Shown here piece after piece: positions 1 to 5,231 of a stretch of 5,636 bases of DNA. The stretch covers positions 1 to 5,636 of the IMG/VR virus record IMGVR_UViG_3300045988_033297. One strand, written 5' to 3'. How positions within the stretch are numbered: the first letter of the stretch is position 1; every line of letters starts with the position of its first letter. The position numbers were made by a program, and so were the translations under genes. This stretch comes from a virus. The notes beneath the pieces were generated by a model, which was given only the letters and a program-made list of their open reading frames with translations, had not been told where the DNA came from and did not search any database.

Positions 1-99
1 GTTTTTTTTTTTTTGGTAAAATTGAACAAAAAGGAGGCGATATTGTGGACAACCGCTTTTAATCCGAACAGAAAAGAAATCATAAGAGTATACGTAGGA
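1..99. repeat. Terminal direct repeat, copy 1 (assembly overlap of a circular genome)
   Basis: Read by eye, 1-99 (G, T13, GGTAAAATTGAAC...GTATACGTAGGA) is identical to 5538-5636. The offset of 5,537 nt is the unit genome length. Confidence 0.9.
14..22 (+). promoter_or_regulatory. Possible extended -10 promoter element (TGGTAAAAT) for the 43-240 ORF
   Basis: TGGTAAAAT fits TGnTAnAAT and lies directly after the T13 tract, about 9 nt before the AAGGAGG RBS at 31-37. No convincing -35 is present in circular coordinates (TTGTGT at 5534-5539 leaves only a 14-nt spacer). Confidence 0.25.
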
Positions 100-240
100 G
101 TCGTAGAGATATGGGCGATCGAAGAACTGGCACAGGAGTACTTTGTAACGCAGGGACGAGTTATCCGGGACGCTATCAAAGTTGCTCTGAGGCACAAAGA
201 AGAGCTATACGAGCTGTTAAAGATGGATACAGAGATCTGA
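43..240 (+). CDS. Small ribbon-helix-helix-like DNA-binding protein (65 aa, TTG start)
   Basis: The ORF-track frame 13-240 has an in-frame TTG at 43, placed 5 nt after a strong AAGGAGG (31-37). The upstream TTG codons at 13 and 22 lie in or just after the terminator T-run and have no RBS. The sequence KEIIRVYVGVVEIWAIEELAQEYFVTQGRVIRDAIKVALRH fits a beta-strand/helix/turn/helix RHH pattern (ELA...G..IR.AI...L). Confidence 0.5.
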   Translation: MWTTAFNPNRKEIIRVYVGVVEIWAIEELAQEYFVTQGRVIRDAIKVALRHKEELYELLKMDTEI

Positions 241-347
241 AAAAAGCCAGAACACTCGGAGAAGCTGAAGCGATCATCCGTGAGATCTACGAAGCCAAAG
301 CAATCATCAACGAGGAGGAGCTAAAATGGCTAAAAGAGTCAAAATGA
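111..347 (+). CDS. Hypothetical protein (78 aa), possibly overprinted on the 43-240 ORF
   Basis: ATG at 111 follows AGGAG (96-100) with a 10-nt spacer. The C-terminal half (KKARTLGEAEAIIREIYEAKAIINEEELKWLKESK, nt 240-344) looks like a helical protein and covers 241-325, which no other frame explains. The N-terminal half (MGDRRTGTGVLCNAGTSYPGRYQSC) looks poor. Long chance alternative-frame ORFs do occur elsewhere in this genome. Confidence 0.25.
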   Translation: MGDRRTGTGVLCNAGTSYPGRYQSCSEAQRRAIRAVKDGYRDLKKARTLGEAEAIIREIYEAKAIINEEELKWLKESK

Positions 348-445
348 AGCCAAGGAAAGACCAGAAAGTCTTTTCCAACACAGCAAAGAAGACCAAATCC
401 ATCAACATCACGCCAAAAATCATGCGTGGTGGTACGAGACTGTAA
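326..445 (+). CDS. Small highly basic DNA-binding/packaging protein (gokushovirus ORF8-type, phiX174 J analogue), 39 aa
   Basis: Absent from the ORF track because it is too short. ATG at 326 lies 5 nt after GAGGAGGAG (312-320). The product is MAKRVKMKPRKDQKVFSNTAKKTKSINITPKIMRGGTRL, with 13 K/R and 1 acidic residue. The C-terminal MRGGxRL matches the conserved end of these proteins as I recall it. Stop TAA is at 443-445. Confidence 0.75.
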   Translation: MAKRVKMKPRKDQKVFSNTAKKTKSINITPKIMRGGTRL

Positions 446-458
446 AGGAGAAAAAACT

Positions 459-737
459 ATGATCCTGGAATACTATGCCATCAAAGACACCAAAGTCGCC
501 TTTATGAATCCGTTCATGCAGCACAACAAGGCAGAAGCCATCCGATCTTTCCGCAGCGTCCTGGCAGATGAACGCAGCGAGGCAGCCAAAAACCCGGCAG
601 ATTATGAACTCTGGTACGTTGGACAGTGGGACGACGCAACGGGCATCATGATGGGCGGTCAGCCGCAGTTTATCGAAAACGGAGTGGAGGGTTTGAAAAA
701 TGCCGAAAACCGAAGTGCACATCTGGAGTCGATTTGA
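459..737 (+). CDS. VP5: VP5-like nonstructural protein of Gokushovirinae (92 aa)
   Basis: This is ORF-track frame 426-737, but the ATG at 459 has AAGGAG (445-450) 8 nt upstream. The pattern Y.IKD.K...F..PF...N..EAIRSF......E.S....NP.DYELW.VG.WDD.TG matches the VP5 family pattern as I recall it. Confidence 0.8.
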   Translation: MILEYYAIKDTKVAFMNPFMQHNKAEAIRSFRSVLADERSEAAKNPADYELWYVGQWDDATGIMMGGQPQFIENGVEGLKNAENRSAHLESI

Positions 738-1206
738 TCGACCGGACACGATCCCAGCGCCAGAGGGCACCGGCACAGAGCCGGAGTACATGGAAGCGAT
801 CGACGAAAACGGTCACAAAACACTGAAAAAAACCGGAGAAACCGACACTTACGCCATGATCCAGGCGAGTCTGGAAGAAACCAAGATCGAGAACATCATC
901 AAACGAGCCACGCTGGGCGATCCGACCGCACTCACGCAGACAATGGGCGCATATATGGACACCACAGACATGCCAACAAGCCTGGCCGAGATGCAGAACG
1001 CCATTATCACGATCGAAAACGAATTCAACAAGCTGCCTCTCGAAACTCGTCTCAAGTTTAACCAAAGTGCAGAAAAATATATCTCTATGTACGGCTCTGA
1101 AGAATGGGCCAAAATCATGGGATATGAAAAAATTCAGCAAAATGCACAAACAAAAGCCTCAGCTGAGGCAGAGGAGATTGTGCAGAAAGGAGAAAATAAA
1201 GAATGA
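700..1206 (+). CDS. VP3: VP3 internal scaffolding protein (168 aa)
   Basis: GGAGG (686-690) lies 9 nt before the ATG. It sits immediately upstream of VP1. The sequence ...IENIIKR...GAYMDTTDMPTSLAEMQNAIITIENEFNKLPLETRLKFNQSAEKYISM... resembles the gokushovirus scaffold family. It overlaps VP5 by 38 nt and VP1 by ATGA. Confidence 0.85.
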   Translation: MPKTEVHIWSRFDRPDTIPAPEGTGTEPEYMEAIDENGHKTLKKTGETDTYAMIQASLEETKIENIIKRATLGDPTALTQTMGAYMDTTDMPTSLAEMQNAIITIENEFNKLPLETRLKFNQSAEKYISMYGSEEWAKIMGYEKIQQNAQTKASAEAEEIVQKGENKE

Positions 1207-2924
1207 ACCGAAATTCTGAAAGCCATTTCGCACAAATTCCACATGCAGACATCAGCCGATCGAAGTTCTACCGAAACTCAGACCATAAGACAACGTTCAA
1301 CGCCGGGCAGCTCATCCCGATCTACTGCGACGAAGTTCTGCCGGGAGACACACATCAGATGGACATGAGCGCACTGATCCGGATGAGCACACCGATCTTT
1401 CCGACCATGGACAATCTTTACTGCGATTTTTACTTTTTCTTCGTCCCAAACCGTCTCACCTGGATTCACTGGAAAGAATTCATGGGCGAAAACACACAGA
1501 GCTACTGGACACAACCGACTGAATACCAAATACCAGTCATTGACACAACAAAAAACAAAGAATCAAAAACAAATGGAATCGCAAACGGAAGCACCCTCGA
1601 CTACTTCGGAATACCAACCAAAACCAATGGGCTAAAAATCAATGCACTTCCACAAAGAGCATACCAACTGATCTGGAACGAATGGTTCAGAGATCAAAAC
1701 ATACAGCAGCCATGCGAAATCCCATTAGATGAAACAACAGTACATCAAGATGGAACAAGTACAGAAAAACATAACTCTGGACAACCATACAAATACTTCA
1801 TAACAGAATACGTCACATTAGCAAAAAGCGGATATGCATGCTTACCTGTCAACAAATATCACGACTACTTCACCAGCTGCCTGCCGCAACCGCAGAAAGG
1901 CGCAGCCGTTCTGCTGCCGATGAGCGGAAATGCAATCATAGGTTATGGAAACGCCGGAACCGGAAAGCTATACAACAACGAAGACTTTAATACACTCGGC
2001 TGGACCAGCACGGCAACCGGATGGAAACACGACATAAACGGAATGTCAGCAAACACAACAGCAACAAAAAACGACGGAAATATCGCATCAATCGGAACCT
2101 ATCCGACAGGAAGCGGAACAACAGAAGCAGTCAGCCTAATCGCAGACCTGGGCAAAGTCACAGGCGCAACGATCAATCAGCTCCGTCAGGCATTCCAGAT
2201 TCAGAAACTTCTGGAACGGGATGCACGAGGCGGCACAAGATACACCGAAATTCTGAAAGCACACTTCAACGTGACTTCTCCGGACTCTCGCCAGCAGCGA
2301 CCAGAGTATCTTGGTGGCTACAGAATGCCGATCAACATCACGCAGGTGGTACAGAACTCTGAAACCACAGCAACGAGTCCGCAGGGCAACACCGCAGCAT
2401 TTTCAGTAAGTGGCATGAACAAGTCAATGTTCACAAAAAGCTTTACTGAGCACGGATATATCATCGGTCTGGCAGCCGTCAGAACCGAGCATACTTACCA
2501 ACAGGGCATTGAACGCATGTGGAGCCGAAAAGGCAGATATGACTTCTACTGGCCGGAACTTGCGAATATCGGAGAACAAGCAGTGCTCAACAAAGAAATT
2601 TATGCACAGGGCACAGCGGCAGACGAAGAAGCGTTCGGCTACCAGGAGGCCTGGGCAGACTATCGGTACAAGCCGAGCCGAGTGTCAGGCGATATGCGGT
2701 CAAACTACAACCAGACGCTGGACAGCTGGCACTATGCCGACAACTACACAGAGCAACCAAAACTGTCGAGCACCTGGATGATGGAGACCATGAACAACAT
2801 CGACCGGACTCTTGCAGTTCAAAGCAGCGTAGAAGACCAGTTCATTGCAGACTTCTATTTCAAAGCACAGACCACAAGGCCGATGCCTGTCTACAGTGTA
2901 CCGGGCCTTATCGACCATCACTAA
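1203..2924 (+). CDS. VP1: VP1 major capsid protein (Microviridae F-protein family), 573 aa
   Basis: Hallmark N-terminus SHFAQIPHADISRSKF...HKTTFNAGQLIPIYCDEVLPGDT...MSTPIFPTMDNLYCDFYFFFVPNRL. Internal TINQLRQAFQIQKLLERDARGGTRYTEILKAHFNV. C-terminal RPMPVYSVPGLIDHH. Confidence 0.97.
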   Translation: MNRNSESHFAQIPHADISRSKFYRNSDHKTTFNAGQLIPIYCDEVLPGDTHQMDMSALIRMSTPIFPTMDNLYCDFYFFFVPNRLTWIHWKEFMGENTQSYWTQPTEYQIPVIDTTKNKESKTNGIANGSTLDYFGIPTKTNGLKINALPQRAYQLIWNEWFRDQNIQQPCEIPLDETTVHQDGTSTEKHNSGQPYKYFITEYVTLAKSGYACLPVNKYHDYFTSCLPQPQKGAAVLLPMSGNAIIGYGNAGTGKLYNNEDFNTLGWTSTATGWKHDINGMSANTTATKNDGNIASIGTYPTGSGTTEAVSLIADLGKVTGATINQLRQAFQIQKLLERDARGGTRYTEILKAHFNVTSPDSRQQRPEYLGGYRMPINITQVVQNSETTATSPQGNTAAFSVSGMNKSMFTKSFTEHGYIIGLAAVRTEHTYQQGIERMWSRKGRYDFYWPELANIGEQAVLNKEIYAQGTAADEEAFGYQEAWADYRYKPSRVSGDMRSNYNQTLDSWHYADNYTEQPKLSSTWMMETMNNIDRTLAVQSSVEDQFIADFYFKAQTTRPMPVYSVPGLIDHH

Positions 2925-2935
2925 TCGCCACAGAG

Positions 2936-2967
2936 GCGGCTCAGAGGCTCTCTGAGCCGCTTTTCTT
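2936..2967 (+). terminator. Rho-independent terminator after VP1
   Basis: GCGGCTCAGAG (2936-2946) pairs perfectly with CTCTGAGCCGC (2950-2960): an 11-bp GC-rich stem with a 3-nt loop, followed by TTTTCTT (2961-2967). Confidence 0.8.
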
Positions 2968-2984
2968 ATCAGGAGGAAAACTAT

Positions 2985-3821
2985 ATGGGACTCTTAGGAA
3001 CAATCGCCGGAATGGTGCTCCCAAACGTCATAAACTGGGGATTAGGACAAATCTTCGGAGGAGGAGCAAACAGCACAACCCAAGGAGCAAGCCATAGCCA
3101 GGGCGGCAGCACAACACAGAGCCAGAGCGGCACAAACGACCAATTCAATGCACAGCAAGCACAGCTCAACCGAGACTATCAGACCATGAGCCAGGCGATC
3201 CAGGGCAATTACAACATGAAAAGCATGATCATGAATATGGGCTACAACACCATGGGAGCCATCATGCAAGGCGTGTACAACGGAATCAGCCAAAAAGCAG
3301 CCATGAACTACAACTCAGCTGAAGCAGCAGCAAACAGAGCTTGGCAAACCGAAATGAGCAACACAGCCTATCAGAGAGCTGTGCAAGACTTAAAAGCCGC
3401 AGGACTTAACCCGATCTTAGCAGCACTTCACGGAGGAGCCGTCACAGGATCAGGAGCATACGGCAGCTCAGGAGCCAGCACGATCGGAGCACCAAGCACA
3501 AGCGCAGCAAGCATCTCAGCCATGCCAGGCACAGCAACACCAAGCAGCCAATGGAGCTGGTCAAAGGGTTCCAGCTGGAACGAAAGCACGGCCTATAACA
3601 TGGGCGAATCCGTAATGCGATACTATGCCGATCCAAACAACAGCGCAAAAAACCTCAAAGAAACAGGAGACAAAGTTGTAAAAGCCGGCAAAGAAGCAGG
3701 CGAGCAAATCAAAGACGCATACAAATACTCAAGCCCGGCAAACAAAATGAATCGCAACTCAGCAAACATCAACGGCAAAGGATATACAAGCCCAGGCAAC
3801 GGAGCAGGCAGAACAAAGTAA
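2985..3821 (+). CDS. VP2: VP2 DNA pilot / minor capsid protein (278 aa)
   Basis: AGGAGG (2971-2976) lies 8 nt before the ATG. It has a hydrophobic N-terminus (LLGTIAGMVLPNVINWGLGQIFGG), S/T/G/Q/N-rich low-complexity tracts, and the pilot-protein signature AWQTEMSNTAYQRAVQDLKAAGLNPILAA (nt 3339-3425). Confidence 0.9.
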   Translation: MGLLGTIAGMVLPNVINWGLGQIFGGGANSTTQGASHSQGGSTTQSQSGTNDQFNAQQAQLNRDYQTMSQAIQGNYNMKSMIMNMGYNTMGAIMQGVYNGISQKAAMNYNSAEAAANRAWQTEMSNTAYQRAVQDLKAAGLNPILAALHGGAVTGSGAYGSSGASTIGAPSTSAASISAMPGTATPSSQWSWSKGSSWNESTAYNMGESVMRYYADPNNSAKNLKETGDKVVKAGKEAGEQIKDAYKYSSPANKMNRNSANINGKGYTSPGNGAGRTK

Positions 3822-3850
3822 TTGACATACATCAAATAAAAGTGTATAAT
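3822..3850 (+). promoter_or_regulatory. Consensus sigma70/sigmaA promoter P1 (TTGACA-17 nt-TATAAT) for the RHH-rep unit
   Basis: TTGACA at 3822-3827, an exact 17-nt spacer, TATAAT at 3845-3850, with TG immediately 5' of the -10. It starts the nucleotide after the VP2 stop and is nearly identical to the block at 5286-5315. Confidence 0.8.
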
Positions 3851-3871
3851 AACGCATAGGAGGTGTATGTT

Positions 3872-4039
3872 ATGAAATGCACAGTAAGAAGAATCAATGT
3901 GAATCTCACAGAGAAAGAAAACGAAGCTCTCAAACGAACGGCAAAAGCCATGGGTGAAAAAGAAAGCGAGATCGTACGCAAAGCAATCATGAGTTTTACC
4001 AGCAATGGTAAAGATTTACAGGGAAATAATGGTCAGTAA
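3872..4039 (+). CDS. CopG/Arc/MetJ-type ribbon-helix-helix transcriptional regulator (55 aa)
   Basis: Absent from the ORF track. AGGAGG (3858-3863) lies 8 nt before the ATG at 3872; stop TAA is at 4037-4039. The product is MKCTVRRINVNLTEKENEALKRTAKAMGEKESEIVRKAIMSFTSNGKDLQGNNGQ. RINVNL (strand), EKENEALKRTAKAMG (helix A) and EKESEIVRKAIMSF (helix B) form a textbook RHH pattern. Confidence 0.75.
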   Translation: MKCTVRRINVNLTEKENEALKRTAKAMGEKESEIVRKAIMSFTSNGKDLQGNNGQ

Positions 4040-4065
4040 ATAGGAACCGTTCGCGGCATCGCTGT

Positions 4066-4107
4066 CACCTAGCCCCCTTACATCAAGTAGGGCTCGGGGG
4101 CTAGGTG
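4066..4107 (+). other. Perfect 12-bp GC-rich stem-loop between the RHH gene and rep (candidate origin or regulatory hairpin)
   Basis: CACCTAGCCCCC (4066-4077) is the exact reverse complement of GGGGGCTAGGTG (4096-4107). The 18-nt loop TTACATCAAGTAGGGCTC contains TACATCAA (4079-4086). There is no T-tract afterwards, so it is not a canonical terminator. The rep RBS begins 4 nt downstream. Confidence 0.7.
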
Positions 4108-4120
4108 CCAGGGGGAGGAG

Positions 4121-5161
4121 GTGAAGACCGATTTGGGCTGTAAATTTCCAATTGTGCAAGACACAAAAACAGGCAGATTTTTGAAAGAGTACGAGGGAAA
4201 ACTTTACTACAAGTGGAACGACTATGACGGTAAATCGACAAACGCAATCATCACAGATGAACGCTACCGTCTCATACCGTGCGGTAGGTGTACCGAGTGC
4301 CGATTAGCGTACTCGAGAGAGTGGGCAAACCGCTGTGTACTCGAATCACTACTCTACAAGTCGAACTGGTTCATAACACTGACTTACAACCCTGAGCAGA
4401 TTCCAACACTAAGGCTCGATACAGGTGAACTGTACAGAGGAGGTGTGCAAGAAGTACAAAATGGTAAAGTGTTAGTGTCTAACACACTGTTCCATGACGA
4501 TGTGCAAAAATTCCTCAAAAAACTGAGATTCCACCTCGCAAAGGCTGGAGAACCAGAAATCCGATACTACATGTGCGGAGAGTATGGCAGCACAACACAA
4601 CGGCCACACTACCACATGATCGTCTACAATCTGAATGTGCCTGATCTTGAGTTCTACAAGCTTAACGAACTACATCAACCTTACTTTCAAAGCGAATGGC
4701 TTGAAAAAATGTGGGGACATGGGTTTGTAACACTCGGAGAAGTAAACTGGAATACCTGCGCATACGTGGCAAGGTACATCATGAAAAAAGTGAAAGGAGA
4801 TAAAGCAGAAGAATTTTATAAAAGCATCGGAAAAACACCAGAATATACAAGAATGAGTTTAAAACCAGGAATAGGAGCAAAATACTATGAACTGAATAAA
4901 GAACAAATCTATAAATTTGATCAAATCATCATACCAGGAAAACAAGCAAAAAAAGTACAGCCATCAAAATATTTCGACAAGCTGTATGATATAGACAATC
5001 CAGAAAGGATGCAGGAAATCAAAAAAGCACGTGAAAAAAATGCACGCCTTGCTCAGCAGCTCAAATTAAGCAAAACCACAAAGGAACTGTGGGAACAGCT
5101 TAAAATAGAGCACGAAGCCAAACAAGACGCATACAAAAAACTTATAAGACCGCTAGAATAG
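4121..5161 (+). CDS. VP4: VP4 replication initiator, HUH rolling-circle endonuclease (346 aa from GTG 4121; alternative TTG start at 4133)
   Basis: RCR motif 1 is FITLTY (aa 84-89). HUH motif 2 is RPHYHMIVY (nt 4601-4627). Motif 3 is AYVARYIMKK with Tyr215 and Tyr219 (nt 4763-4777). A Cys cluster CGRCTEC lies at aa 54-60. The G-rich RBS GGGGGAGGAGG (4111-4121) abuts the GTG. A TTG at 4133 would give MGCKFP..., resembling the typical M.C..P N-terminus of VP4. Confidence 0.93.
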   Translation: MKTDLGCKFPIVQDTKTGRFLKEYEGKLYYKWNDYDGKSTNAIITDERYRLIPCGRCTECRLAYSREWANRCVLESLLYKSNWFITLTYNPEQIPTLRLDTGELYRGGVQEVQNGKVLVSNTLFHDDVQKFLKKLRFHLAKAGEPEIRYYMCGEYGSTTQRPHYHMIVYNLNVPDLEFYKLNELHQPYFQSEWLEKMWGHGFVTLGEVNWNTCAYVARYIMKKVKGDKAEEFYKSIGKTPEYTRMSLKPGIGAKYYELNKEQIYKFDQIIIPGKQAKKVQPSKYFDKLYDIDNPERMQEIKKAREKNARLAQQLKLSKTTKELWEQLKIEHEAKQDAYKKLIRPLE

Positions 5162-5168
5162 CTGAATA

Positions 5169-5212
5169 AGGGCGCAACACGGAATCTGACCTCCACGTTG
5201 CGCCCTGCTTTT
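5169..5212 (+). terminator. Probable terminator after rep (10-bp stem, large loop, short T-tract)
   Basis: AGGGCGCAAC (5169-5178) pairs with GTTGCGCCCT (5197-5206). The loop is 18 nt, followed by GCTTTT (5207-5212). The large loop and short T-run lower confidence. Confidence 0.45.
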
Positions 5213-5214
5213 CA

Positions 5215-5231
5215 TCGGCATCCAATGCCGA
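5215..5231 (+). other. Small perfect hairpin TCGGCAT-CCA-ATGCCGA
   Basis: 7-bp stem (5215-5221 with 5225-5231) and a 3-nt loop. It is nested inside an alternative pairing GCCCTGC (5202-5208) with GCAGGGC (5234-5240). Confidence 0.6.

Noticed and set aside
13-42. The 13-240 ORF start as given in the track (TTG at 13)
   Set aside because: That start lies within the terminator T13 run and has no RBS. The in-frame TTG at 43 follows AAGGAGG with a 5-nt spacer. In circular coordinates the frame stays open back to 5454, but that would read through the terminator hairpin.
234-246. Possible programmed -1 frameshift joining the 43-240 frame to the 111-347 frame at the A AAA AAG run (240-246)
   Set aside because: The slippery-looking heptamer begins at the last base of the TGA stop of the 43-240 frame, so ribosomes in that frame would terminate before reaching it. 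No X XXY YYZ site lies in the correct frame within the overlap, and there is no obvious downstream stimulatory structure.
626-826. + strand alternative-frame ORFs 626-826 (66 aa), 2021-2362 (113 aa) and 2509-2781 (90 aa)
   Set aside because: They are very basic R/K/N/S/T-rich products embedded in VP5/VP3 and VP1, with no convincing RBS. Their composition is what frame-shifted reading of A-rich coding sequence gives. They cannot be excluded as overprinted genes without comparative data, but nothing positive supports them.
2985-3821. Low-complexity S/T/G/Q/N tracts in VP2 as a separate repeat or mobile feature
   Set aside because: They are in frame within a well-supported pilot-protein gene. 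Such tracts are usual for this protein family, and no nucleotide-level tandem repeat was evident.
3853-3882. dif/XerCD-like site (CGCATA...TGTATGTTATGAAAT near P1, and AGCATAAAATGATGTATATTTCAAG at 5254-5278), which would hint at Xer-mediated lysogeny
   Set aside because: The resemblance to GGTGCGCATAA-TGTATA-TTATGTTAAAT breaks down when the 11-6-11 geometry is enforced. There are extra bases between the arm-like and central parts, and the XerD arm matches poorly. No integrase is encoded either.
4121-4200. Antisense promoter within the 5' end of rep that could make a pMV158 RNAII-like countertranscript across the hairpin
   Set aside because: I read the reverse complement of 4121-4200. The best candidates (TTGCAC...CCAAAT, TTGTGT...TTACAG) have poor -10 boxes. 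It remains a hypothesis to test, but the sequence does not support it.
5215-5231. The small hairpin or other stem-loops as a tRNA, ncRNA or CRISPR repeat
   Set aside because: No cloverleaf-compatible set of stems, no repeat-spacer periodicity and no conserved ncRNA motif that I recognise. These structures are better explained as terminator or origin-type elements.
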